A stretch of DNA of 64,000 nucleotides, from NCBI GenBank assembly GCA_002699445.1, contig PAAU01000084.1:5324-69323 (forward strand). The letters run 5' to 3'. The stretch comes from Micrococcales bacterium (GTDB taxonomy: Bacteria > Actinomycetota > Actinomycetes > S36-B12 > GCA-2699445). A program made the translations under genes and the position numbers. The notes beneath the pieces were generated by a model. That model was given only the letters and a program-made list of their open reading frames with translations, was not told the origin of the DNA and did not search any database. Of this stretch, positions 18,345 through 27,210 are shown in pieces; position 1 is the stretch's first letter, and each line of letters begins with the position of its first letter.

Positions 18345-19538
18345 ATGGAACCAGAATCTGCTCCCGAAAATCTACTGATAACCGTCAGCGGTCGTGATCG
18401 ACCTGGGCTGACGGCTCGGATCTTCGATGCGCTCCAAGGCGAGGTATTGGACACCGAACAAACTGTAGTCTCCGGTCGGCTAGTGCAGCTCGTGCTGCTA
18501 GCGGCTACCCAGTTTCGCGAAGAAATCGGACGCAATCTCACGCAGCTCGCTACTGAGCTGGAACTCGATGTTGAAGTCACCCAGACAACGGAGGTTAGCT
18601 ACGACCGGAATGAAGAGCGTCAACGGTTGGTGATGTTGGGAGCGCCCATGGACTCCCACGCCATCGCCGATATTGCCCGGGCAATTCGCGACTCGCATGG
18701 AAACATCGAAAGAATCGCTCGCATCGCGGCATATCCAGTGACCGCTATCGAATTAATCGTTCGGTCGCCCAACAACAATGAGCTACGTCGCGCCGCGGCC
18801 ACGGTGGCCAACCACCGTGGCATCGACATCAGCGTCCAGCCGGTAACACTCGACCGACTGGGTCGACATCTCGTCGTTCTAGACGTGGACTCAACCCTGA
18901 TACAGGACGAGGTCATTGAATTGCTCGCTCAGCACACTGGGACAGCAGACCAGGTAGCGCAGATAACTGAGCGCGCGATGCGCGGCGAACTCGACTTCCG
19001 ATCTTCTCTCAACGAGCGTGCGGCGCTCCTAGCCGGTGCCGACGAATCAGTCTTGACTGAAGTCCGGGATCAGATTCGATTGACTCCCGGTGCTCGCACA
19101 CTCTGTCGCACTCTTACTAGCCTCGGCCATGAGATCGCGTTGGTCAGCGGTGGCTTCACGGACGTCATCGCTCCGATCGCCCAGCGGCTGGGAGTCAATC
19201 ACATTAGGGCCAATACGCTGGAAATTGAGAATGGAAAACTTACAGGTCGAGTTGTGGAACCAATCGTTGATCGCAGCGGTAAGGCCGTTGCCCTTCGAGA
19301 GATAGCGGCCGACGCTGGTATCCCGTTGACGCGCACTGTCGCGATCGGAGATGGCGCGAATGATCTGGACATGCTCGCCGCTGCTGGTCTCGGGGTCGCC
19401 TTCAACGCTAAACCGGTGCTCCAAGAAGCCGCAGACGCTTCGGTCAATGTGCCATTTTTAGACTCAGTACTGTTTTTAATGGGCCTTTCACGGGAAGAAA
19501 TCGAGTCCGCGCAGGCGATGCATGGCGAGGACAGTTAG
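18345..19538 (+). CDS. serB: phosphoserine phosphatase with N-terminal ACT domains (SerB2-type)
   Basis: HAD motifs 'LDVDSTLIQDEVIE' and 'GDGANDLDML'. About 170 aa of N-terminal ACT-like region. Confidence 0.88.
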   Translation: MEPESAPENLLITVSGRDRPGLTARIFDALQGEVLDTEQTVVSGRLVQLVLLAATQFREEIGRNLTQLATELELDVEVTQTTEVSYDRNEERQRLVMLGAPMDSHAIADIARAIRDSHGNIERIARIAAYPVTAIELIVRSPNNNELRRAAATVANHRGIDISVQPVTLDRLGRHLVVLDVDSTLIQDEVIELLAQHTGTADQVAQITERAMRGELDFRSSLNERAALLAGADESVLTEVRDQIRLTPGARTLCRTLTSLGHEIALVSGGFTDVIAPIAQRLGVNHIRANTLEIENGKLTGRVVEPIVDRSGKAVALREIAADAGIPLTRTVAIGDGANDLDMLAAAGLGVAFNAKPVLQEAADASVNVPFLDSVLFLMGLSREEIESAQAMHGEDS

Positions 19539-20038
19539 CCACGGGGCGCCTGGAAGTCAATCAAGATCCCTTCACCTGGTCTGGTGGCGGACCAATGATT
19601 TTCCAGCTCAATGACTGCCACCCCGGACGTAGGAAACTTGTGAGCCATCTCAGCCCGAGCCGCCCCATCCCCTGACCCAGCGAGTTCGCTGGCAAGTTCC
19701 TCACACCCAGGATTGTGACCAACAAGTGCGGCGATAGGCACTTCCTCGGGAAGTTCCTGGACCACGGCGAGTAGCTCACGCCAAGGAGCCGCGTAGAGGC
19801 GTTCCTGGAACGAGGCAACCGGTGGTTCGGGAAGCTGATCGGACAGCAGCTGCCACGTCTCTCGAGTTCGTCGAGCGGTAGAAACGATCGCACGGTGCGG
19901 GATCCACCCTTCTTCGACTAACCAGCTACCCACAGCAGGGGCATCCCGTTCACCGCGCGGACCCAACGGACGTTCATGGTCAGGCACACCTTCCGGCCAG
20001 TCGGACTTAGCGTGTCGAATAATCAGCAATCGGTGCAT
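19535..20038 (-). CDS. histidine phosphatase family protein (SixA-like)
   Basis: 'LLIIRHAKS' (RHG motif) and 'LVGHNP'. 167 aa. Confidence 0.75.
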   Translation of the reverse strand: MHRLLIIRHAKSDWPEGVPDHERPLGPRGERDAPAVGSWLVEEGWIPHRAIVSTARRTRETWQLLSDQLPEPPVASFQERLYAAPWRELLAVVQELPEEVPIAALVGHNPGCEELASELAGSGDGAARAEMAHKFPTSGVAVIELENHWSATRPGEGILIDFQAPRG

Positions 20039-20102
20039 GGAATCAGCCTAGAAGTGTTCGCGGAACTAAGCGCGATCGGTAACTATCCGGCAGGATGCAG
20101 TA

Positions 20103-21596
20103 GTGGTCGATGTTTCTCTCGCTGATTGGGATTCCGCACCGTTACTCACGGCAGCGATAGACGCAGCAGCGGAGTGTGAACATGTAGATGTCCGCTTGGT
20201 CAGCACTCGAACAGTGGCGCAAAGTCGGCGGGACCATGTGGCCAAAGCAGATGTGGATCACAGCGAAGTCGCTCTCGGTGTTCGAGTCGTACGCGACGGA
20301 TGCTGGGGTTTTGCGGCCACGGACAGACTGACTCCTATTGACGCGGCTCAAACGGCGAAGACTGCTGTCGCACTTGCCCACGCGTCCGCCGCCACTGCTA
20401 CCGCTCCCGTCGAGCTGGCTCCCGAACCTCAGCACCAAGGCACGTGGCGCAGCGGCTTCGACATTGATCCCTTCTCCATCCCCTCGGAACAGCGGATGCA
20501 GTTCTTGGAATGGGGATCGAGTCAGTTACTCAAGCACCCCGCAGTGCACCATACGGATGCGTCCCTGATGGCTGTTGCCGAAACGGTGGCATACGCCGAT
20601 TCTCACGGAACGTCTACTCGCCAACATCGAATTCGGCTGCAGGCAGACTTCACCGCCGTCCACCTCGACCCGAACGGACAATTCACCACGCTGACTACGA
20701 CGGCACCACCGGTCGCACGTGGCTGGGAGTTCCTCGGCGACGGCAATGGAGTATGGCCTTGGCACCAAGAACTGTCCGAGCTGCCTGACTTACTCTCCGA
20801 GAAGGCAGCAGCACCCACAGTTGAGCCAGGTCGTCGGACCTTGGTTATCGATCCAACCAATCTCTGGCTCACCATTCACGAATCAGTCGCACATGCGACG
20901 GAACTGGATCGGATCTTGGGTTACGAGGCCAACTACGCCGGCACTTCCTTCGTCGCTCCCACTGATATTGGCCAGTTGCAGTATGGATCGTCGTTAATGA
21001 ACGTCCAGGCTGATCGGACTGTCGATCACGGACTGTCGACAGTGGCTTGGGACGATGAAGGCGTTGCTGCGCAAGAGTGGCCGCTAATCACCAATGGTGT
21101 ACTTGTCGGCGTTCAACTGGATCGCGCAATGGCTGCCGCGAACGGACTACCTCGGAGCAACGGATGCGCCTATGCGGACTCGGGCAGCCACACGCCACTG
21201 CAGCGCATGCCTAACATCAGCCTGATGCCTGACCCTGCGGGCGGCGATGTCGAGAAATTGATTGCCGGGGTTGATGATGGAATTTACGTGGTGGGAGACA
21301 ACTCCTGGTCTATCGACATGCAACGCTACAACTTCCAATTCACCGGCCAGCAGTTCCATCGCATCAAGTCAGGCCGGCTAGCCGGCCAACTTCGGGATGT
21401 GGCGTATCAGGGCCGCACTCCCGATTTTTGGAGATCGATGGTTGCTGTCGGCGGCCCCCAAAGTTTCCTCTTGGCCGGAGCGCTCAACTGTGGCAAGGGA
21501 CAGCCAGGTCAGAGTGCCCCGGTGTCCCACGGAACCCCTGCTGCAGTATTCGAGAACGTGAATATCCTCAACAGCCGCGAGGAGGCTGGCTCATGA
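20103..21596 (+). CDS. tldD: TldD family metalloprotease
   Basis: HExxxH motif 'IHESVAHATE' and a Gly-rich C-terminus 'ALNCGKGQPGQSAPVSHG'. GTG start. Confidence 0.88.
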   Translation: MVDVSLADWDSAPLLTAAIDAAAECEHVDVRLVSTRTVAQSRRDHVAKADVDHSEVALGVRVVRDGCWGFAATDRLTPIDAAQTAKTAVALAHASAATATAPVELAPEPQHQGTWRSGFDIDPFSIPSEQRMQFLEWGSSQLLKHPAVHHTDASLMAVAETVAYADSHGTSTRQHRIRLQADFTAVHLDPNGQFTTLTTTAPPVARGWEFLGDGNGVWPWHQELSELPDLLSEKAAAPTVEPGRRTLVIDPTNLWLTIHESVAHATELDRILGYEANYAGTSFVAPTDIGQLQYGSSLMNVQADRTVDHGLSTVAWDDEGVAAQEWPLITNGVLVGVQLDRAMAAANGLPRSNGCAYADSGSHTPLQRMPNISLMPDPAGGDVEKLIAGVDDGIYVVGDNSWSIDMQRYNFQFTGQQFHRIKSGRLAGQLRDVAYQGRTPDFWRSMVAVGGPQSFLLAGALNCGKGQPGQSAPVSHGTPAAVFENVNILNSREEAGS

Positions 21597-22978
21597 TGCG
21601 GCCGCAACAGATCGTTGAGGTCGCACTCAGACAAGCCCAGAACGAGCAGTTGGCCGTCCTTGTCGAGGACTCCAGCGAGGTGAACCTCCGTTGGGCCAAC
21701 AGCAGTCTGACGACAAACGGTCTGGTTCAAGGCCAGCATGTCGATATCGTCGCTTGTCCCATGACTTTTACATCCGGACGGACAGCAACGGTCTCGGGGC
21801 AGGTACGCGATGAATCAGACGTCGTGGACCTAGTCAGCAGGGCACGTCGCGCCGCGTCAGTCGCGGCGCCAGCCGAAGATGCCAACTTTTTTCCTGAGGG
21901 CCGTATCTCACCGGATTGGGATGAGACTCTGCCGGAAACGGGACCGGATCAGGTAACTCACTTGGCTGATGGACTTGGAGAACTCTTCGATCTCGGTACA
22001 GCTCAAGAAATAGCGCACTTCGGGTATGCGGAGCATCGCCTCGTGACCACCTTTCTCGGGACGACCTCCGGCAGTCGGTTGCGATTCACCCAGCCGGCTA
22101 GCCGGTTCGAGGACACGGCCAAGGACTCAACCGGGGCACGATCAGCATGGCACGGTGAAGCCGGTCACGATTTCGCCCAGATGGATCTGACCGCCATCGG
22201 GAAACTCCTCGCGCAGCGGCTTTCCTGGCAAGAGCGCACCGTAACGGTAGCCCCCGGGCGTCACACGGTCTTGCTAGCGCCCAGCGCCGTAGCTGATCTC
22301 ATGATTGACATGTACTGGTCAGCCGACGCTGAATCAGCCGTAGAAGGCCGAAGTGCCTTCGCGAGTACCGACGGGGGCACTCGAGTAGGTGAAAGGCTTG
22401 GAAGTGAACTGACGCTGTCCAGTGATCCCCAAAATCCTGATCCATCCATGCGCTGTCCGGACTTTGACTCATCGGTCGCCGCCACCAGCACTTCTTCGCC
22501 ATTCGACAATGGTGAGGGGCTACCAGCTAGCGAGTGGATCACCGACGGAGTACTACGACGGCTCCTTACCACTCGATATACCGCCCAGAAATCGGATCTC
22601 CCCTATGCGCCTCCAGTCGATAATCTCGAACTGCGGACCGCAGGAGGCCATGGCTCCTTAACCGACGTTGCCGCCCGCCTGAAAGATGGAGTCCTGATCA
22701 CGTGTCTTTGGTACAACCGAATAGTTGACCCCACCACACTTCTTCTCACCGGACTAACCCGAGATGGTGTTTATTTCGTCCGAAATGGGGAAATTGTGGG
22801 TTCCTGTGGCAACTACCGGTTCAACGAATCGCCGGTTGGCCTACTGGGCCGTATTGTTGATTCGGGAGCAACGGAAAGAACACTCGCTCGAGAGATGGGT
22901 GACTATTTCAACCGCGCTGCCATGCCGCCCTTGGTGGTCGAGGGTTTCAACTTGTCCACCCAGAGCGACGCGACCTAG
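21593..22978 (+). CDS. pmbA: TldE/PmbA family protein
   Basis: PmbA_TldD-fold partner lacking HExxxH. ATG at 21593 overlaps the tldD stop (ATGA). The ORF-track start at 21428 lies inside tldD. Confidence 0.8.
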   Translation: MMRPQQIVEVALRQAQNEQLAVLVEDSSEVNLRWANSSLTTNGLVQGQHVDIVACPMTFTSGRTATVSGQVRDESDVVDLVSRARRAASVAAPAEDANFFPEGRISPDWDETLPETGPDQVTHLADGLGELFDLGTAQEIAHFGYAEHRLVTTFLGTTSGSRLRFTQPASRFEDTAKDSTGARSAWHGEAGHDFAQMDLTAIGKLLAQRLSWQERTVTVAPGRHTVLLAPSAVADLMIDMYWSADAESAVEGRSAFASTDGGTRVGERLGSELTLSSDPQNPDPSMRCPDFDSSVAATSTSSPFDNGEGLPASEWITDGVLRRLLTTRYTAQKSDLPYAPPVDNLELRTAGGHGSLTDVAARLKDGVLITCLWYNRIVDPTTLLLTGLTRDGVYFVRNGEIVGSCGNYRFNESPVGLLGRIVDSGATERTLAREMGDYFNRAAMPPLVVEGFNLSTQSDAT

Positions 22979-22991
22979 AGCAGGAGGCTAG

Positions 22992-23345
22992 ATGACACTC
23001 CCAGCGGAGTCCACGGAACCACAGCCGCTGCCCCGTCGGGGCGATGACTCGGTGCACCGAGTCACGACGGCGCAAACCGGTCTGAGCCAAGAACAGCGCG
23101 CTCGAACACGTCGGTATCTGATTTCGATGAGCATCCGAACTCTCTGTTTCATCGCAGCGGTAGTGGCTGATGGATGGTTGCGGTGGGCCTTCCTCGCGGG
23201 CGCCGTCTTCCTCCCCTACATCGCGGTCATCATGGCCAACGCAGGTCGGGAGAATGACAAGTTCACTGGTCCCGAGCAGGTTCAACCATTGCCCATGGGG
23301 CAACTGGGGCCCGGTGAGATCATGACCGACGATAGACGGGAGTAG
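22992..23345 (+). CDS. DUF3099-like small membrane protein
   Basis: 117 aa with an AGGAGG RBS. Two TM helices, 'YLISMSIRTLCFIAAVV' and 'FLPYIAVIMANAGRE', as in actinobacterial DUF3099 (from memory). Confidence 0.6.
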   Translation: MTLPAESTEPQPLPRRGDDSVHRVTTAQTGLSQEQRARTRRYLISMSIRTLCFIAAVVADGWLRWAFLAGAVFLPYIAVIMANAGRENDKFTGPEQVQPLPMGQLGPGEIMTDDRRE

Positions 23346-23354
23346 GCTCGCAGG

Positions 23355-24086
23355 ATGCTGAACCTGCTGCGCAATCCTCGTTGGCAGGCCTTCACCGCGG
23401 CCGCTTTGATCGCCATTATCTCTTTTGGCCTGCTGAGCATGTGGCAATACAACCGTGCCGAAGAGGAGCGCATCGAGTTCAGCGCGATCGCTGAACGTCT
23501 TGATAGCTCACCTGCTGCGTTGTCTTATTCCGACGACAGCGATGCAGTTAATTGGCAACGAGTGCAAGTGACCGGCGAATACGATTCAGACGCGCAACTT
23601 CTTATCAGAAATCGACCGCAAAGTGGGAGCAACGGTTTTTGGGTCGCGACGCTGTTACGTACCGATGAAGGAGCCACTTGGGTGGTACGTGGCTGGATCC
23701 CCGCAGCGATCGGTAATCGAGAACCAGCGCCGACCGCACCCGCCGGTGTTATCACCGTTGACGGTTACGCGCGTACTCCTGACAACGCACCAGCGCGTAA
23801 GGCCGACGATGTGCCCATCGGGCAAGCCAGCGCGATGAATCCAGCCGGCTTGTCAGAAATTGTTGCTGGGCCGCAACCATCGGCTTGGTATGTGATCGCG
23901 GCCAACGATTCGAGTCTGACACCCGTACCGTTGCCTGAAGCAACTGACTCCCGCAACCTGTCCTACGCCGGTCAATGGCTGCTTTTTGCTGCGGTCGTGA
24001 TTGGTGGCTGGTTCTTCTTTCTACGCCGAGAAGCAGCCGAGACTTCGGAAGAAATGAACCGGGCAAACTCCGCTGCCTCCGTCTAA
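23355..24086 (+). CDS. SURF1-like cytochrome oxidase assembly protein
   Basis: N-terminal TM helix plus 'WQYNRAEE', a periplasmic body, and a C-terminal 'YAGQWLLFAAVVIGGWFFF' TM helix, which is the SURF1 topology. Confidence 0.7.
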   Translation: MLNLLRNPRWQAFTAAALIAIISFGLLSMWQYNRAEEERIEFSAIAERLDSSPAALSYSDDSDAVNWQRVQVTGEYDSDAQLLIRNRPQSGSNGFWVATLLRTDEGATWVVRGWIPAAIGNREPAPTAPAGVITVDGYARTPDNAPARKADDVPIGQASAMNPAGLSEIVAGPQPSAWYVIAANDSSLTPVPLPEATDSRNLSYAGQWLLFAAVVIGGWFFFLRREAAETSEEMNRANSAASV

Positions 24087-26002
24087 CGGTCGTTCTTTTC
24101 CGGGCTCACCATCTGATTGTGCTGAGGTGAAAACTGAGTTCGGTACAGCTCTGCATACAGGCCACCAGCCGCTAGCAAATCTGCGTGGTTGCCTCTCTCG
24201 ATAATGCCGCCAGCCTCCACCACTAGAATTTCATCGGCTTCCCGGATCGTGCTCAATCGGTGGGCAATGACTACTGAGGTTCGTCCCGTTAGCGCCCTGG
24301 CAAGAGCACGCTGCACTGCAGCTTCGCTATCACTATCCAGATGAGCTGTAGCTTCGTCCAAGACCACAACCCGCGGTTGCTTCAGTAGTAGCCGAGCGAT
24401 CGCTAGGCGCTGCTTCTCGCCGCCGGATAACCGATGGCCACGGTCCCCTACTACCGTGTCCATACCTTCCGGCAACTCTCTGATGAGGTCGGCGATTCGA
24501 GCATCTTCACAGGCTGCCCATACTTCCGGCAACTCGGCTTCGGGTCTGGCGTAGCGGAGGTTGGCCAAGATGGTGTCGTGGAAAAGGTGTGCGTCTTGAG
24601 TGACGACTCCGACCGTATTGTGAATGGACTCTTGCGTCAAAAAGCGGAGGTCTTCACCTCCGATCCGAACCTCGCCAGAATCAGGATCATAGAGCCGAGA
24701 AACTAGGGAAGTGATAGTTGTCTTGCCAGCGCCGGAGGGCCCGACGAGAGCCACCATCTTGCCTGGCGGCACGGTGAACGTCACGTCTCGCAAGGCTGGC
24801 GCCGCATTCGTCGATTCGACGGTCTTTTTGGCTACGGTTTCCAGAGACGCAAGTGACACATCTGTCGCTCGCGGATACGTGAACTGCACGTCCTGAAATT
24901 CCACTGAGGCTGGATTTTCTCGACTCAACATCTCAGCCTCAGAATCATCAGCCACCTGGGGCTTCAGATCTAGCACCTCGAAAACGCGATCGAATGACAC
25001 CAACGCTGTCATCACATCGACTCGGACATTCGAAAGCGCAGTCAACGGCCCGTACAACTGTGCCAACAACCCAACGATCGCTAGCAGCGTACCGAGAGTA
25101 ATGCTCTCACTGATCACAAAGTTGCCACCGAGGCCGTAGGCGATCGCAGTTGCTAGCGCAGCAACTAGCGTCAACGCAGTGAAGAAGTAACGGTTCGCCA
25201 TGGCGATCCGCACTCCCAGATCTCGCACTCCCGCGGCTTTACCTCGATACACCTCGTCTTCCTCAGCCGGGCGACCATACAGCTTCACCAAGAGCGCACC
25301 AGCGACATTAAAACGTTCCGTCATCTGAGTACTCAAGTCTGCGTTTAGTTGCATTTGTTCTCGGGTCAGAACCTGCAACCGTCGCCCCATCCATCGAGCT
25401 GGCAACAGAAAAAGCGGCACCAAGACCAACGCTATAAGGGTGATCTGCCAGCTCAACCAAAACATAGTGAACAAAACAACGACCACAGAGATCAGGTTTC
25501 CCACGACACCGCTCAATGTGGACGTGAAAGCCTGCTGTGCCCCGATGACATCAGAGTTAAGGCGAGACACTAGGGCACCCGTCTGGGCTCTAGTGAAGAA
25601 AGCCAACGACTGACGCTGAACGTGATCAAAAACCTCGGCCCGAAGATGGAAAATCAACCCCTCGCCGATGCGCGCAGAAAGATATCGTCCCCACAGACCA
25701 ATGCCTGCGTCGACGAGTGCCACCAAGCCAACGGCTACGGCTGTCATCGTCACAACCGTGCTGTTACTCACCGTGATGCCGTCATCAACGATTCGGCGAA
25801 ACAGGAGGGGTTGGGCGACCGTGAGGAGTGATCCGATAACCAGGGTGATGAGAAAGAGCACTACCAGCGGCTTGAACGGCTTCCCGTAACGCAAGATGCG
25901 TCGCCACAGATCTTTGGGCAACTGCTCTCGTAAGACCGAACGATCGCGACTGTACGAACGCCAAGCAGAGACTCTGCTGGCGCCCGTTGGTCCCATACTC
26001 AT
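24083..26002 (-). CDS. ABC exporter, fused permease/ATPase (MsbA/MdlB-like)
   Basis: Six-TM ABC_membrane domain plus 'GPSGAGKTT', 'LSGGEKQRLAIARLLL' and 'VVVLDEATAHLD'. ATG at 26002 is preceded by GGAGG. The ORF-track start at 26041 is TTG. Confidence 0.88.
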   Translation of the reverse strand: MSMGPTGASRVSAWRSYSRDRSVLREQLPKDLWRRILRYGKPFKPLVVLFLITLVIGSLLTVAQPLLFRRIVDDGITVSNSTVVTMTAVAVGLVALVDAGIGLWGRYLSARIGEGLIFHLRAEVFDHVQRQSLAFFTRAQTGALVSRLNSDVIGAQQAFTSTLSGVVGNLISVVVVLFTMFWLSWQITLIALVLVPLFLLPARWMGRRLQVLTREQMQLNADLSTQMTERFNVAGALLVKLYGRPAEEDEVYRGKAAGVRDLGVRIAMANRYFFTALTLVAALATAIAYGLGGNFVISESITLGTLLAIVGLLAQLYGPLTALSNVRVDVMTALVSFDRVFEVLDLKPQVADDSEAEMLSRENPASVEFQDVQFTYPRATDVSLASLETVAKKTVESTNAAPALRDVTFTVPPGKMVALVGPSGAGKTTITSLVSRLYDPDSGEVRIGGEDLRFLTQESIHNTVGVVTQDAHLFHDTILANLRYARPEAELPEVWAACEDARIADLIRELPEGMDTVVGDRGHRLSGGEKQRLAIARLLLKQPRVVVLDEATAHLDSDSEAAVQRALARALTGRTSVVIAHRLSTIREADEILVVEAGGIIERGNHADLLAAGGLYAELYRTQFSPQHNQMVSPEKNDR

Positions 26003-26093
26003 AGGTAGCCCTCCTTGAAGTGCCGACCCAGCGTAAGACAACCTCTATGTTCTGTAACCTTGCGGCTAGCTGCCGCATTCCCCGGAAGCGACG

Positions 26094-26891
26094 TTAACTG
26101 CGCAGGCCGGCTAAGGTTCGCAGCCGACGAATTTGCACCAGTCGCTCTCGGTCCCGTTGCTCCCGCGGCGGCAGCGTCTCGGCAGATCGCAGCAACGTCT
26201 TGGTGTCCTGAGCGGTGCCTGGCACCGCCTCAACCAGACCAGTGCTTAGCTCTTCGCCCGCGGCAGCCAGGTCCTCGACCGGCACGACAGCTGCAGCTAT
26301 CCCCGCGTCACGCGCTTCAGCTGCTTCCACCCAGCGAGTGGTAAGACAAATATGCATAGCTCGCTGGTAGCCCACGGTTCGGACCAGCCGCGATGTCCCC
26401 GTCAAATCCGGGACCAGACCGTACGCTGCTTCCCGCATACTGAAGCGCGCATCTTCGGCACACACCACCATGTCGCACGCTAGTGCCAACTGAAATCCTG
26501 CTCCAACGGCGTGGCCCTGAACCAAGGCTATGCTCACGAAGGGCCCATCGGTGAAGACCGAGAATCCATGCTGATATTGCGCGATGGTTGCGTCGATATC
26601 ACTGTCAGGTGAAGCCACCAGATCGATCAGGGAGCCCTCGCCTGGGATACCTTCGGCAGTGAACATACGCCTGTCGAGTCCGGCGGAAAATGACTTTCCT
26701 TCGGCAGACAACAGAACGACAGCGACACCGGTCTCAGCTGCCTGCTCACCTGCTTGTTGGAGCCGCCGCCACAGCGCTGGAGTTTGCGCATTACGACTAT
26801 CTGGTGCGCACAATGTGATGCGCATGAGTTGCCCATCACTCTCAACTCGAACGCCGTCGGCTTCTTTTGGCAGTTGATCCATAACCGTCAT
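26094..26891 (-). CDS. enoyl-CoA hydratase/isomerase (crotonase) family protein
   Basis: 'AVVLLSAEGKSFSAGLD' oxyanion-hole region and crotonase fold length (265 aa). Confidence 0.8.
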   Translation of the reverse strand: MTVMDQLPKEADGVRVESDGQLMRITLCAPDSRNAQTPALWRRLQQAGEQAAETGVAVVLLSAEGKSFSAGLDRRMFTAEGIPGEGSLIDLVASPDSDIDATIAQYQHGFSVFTDGPFVSIALVQGHAVGAGFQLALACDMVVCAEDARFSMREAAYGLVPDLTGTSRLVRTVGYQRAMHICLTTRWVEAAEARDAGIAAAVVPVEDLAAAGEELSTGLVEAVPGTAQDTKTLLRSAETLPPREQRDRERLVQIRRLRTLAGLRS

Positions 26892-26896
26892 TCTGC

Positions 26897-27115
26897 CTAA
26901 CGCTTGACTCCCGCCCGACTCCGGGTCGCACCACCGCGCCCCCGCAACTTCACACCGCTGTCGTTGAGAAGCCGATGGATGAAACCGTACGATCGATTCG
27001 TCTCGGTAGCCAACTCTCGGATGCTGGCCCCCGCCGCGTAGCGTTTCTTGAGTTCTTTGGCCAGTAGTTCCCGTTCAGTGCCGGTTATGCGTTTGCCCTT
27101 GGCGAGAGTCGTCAC
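26897..27115 (-). CDS. small helix-turn-helix protein
   Basis: 72 aa from a GTG preceded by GGAGG. HTH segment 'ASIRELATETNRSYGFIHRLL' and a basic tail. Confidence 0.65.
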   Translation of the reverse strand: MTTLAKGKRITGTERELLAKELKKRYAAGASIRELATETNRSYGFIHRLLNDSGVKLRGRGGATRSRAGVKR

Positions 27116-27210
27116 AGTTCCTCCACGGTCTCGCAATACCTTTCCCAGATACGCCCATCATTGTGGAAGTAGGGTGCGCGATGCACGGCGAGCAAGCGGG
27201 TTTAGCAAAG

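Noticed and set aside
21428-21592. Long N-terminal extensions in the ORF track. Examples are pmbA 21428, zwf 46060, ABC-2 permease 36189, yvcK 55373, Rieske 59525, sufU 29684, sufT 29238 and pgl 48574.
   Set aside because: The extensions lie inside the preceding gene in another frame and have atypical sequence. Internal ATG/GTG starts give canonical N-termini, often with GGAG-type RBS or ATGA coupling, so the starts were trimmed accordingly.
20103-22978. tldD/pmbA as part of a RiPP (microcin B17-like) maturation cluster.
   Set aside because: There is no precursor peptide, cyclodehydratase/dehydrogenase, immunity or dedicated export genes nearby. The neighbours are housekeeping membrane proteins.
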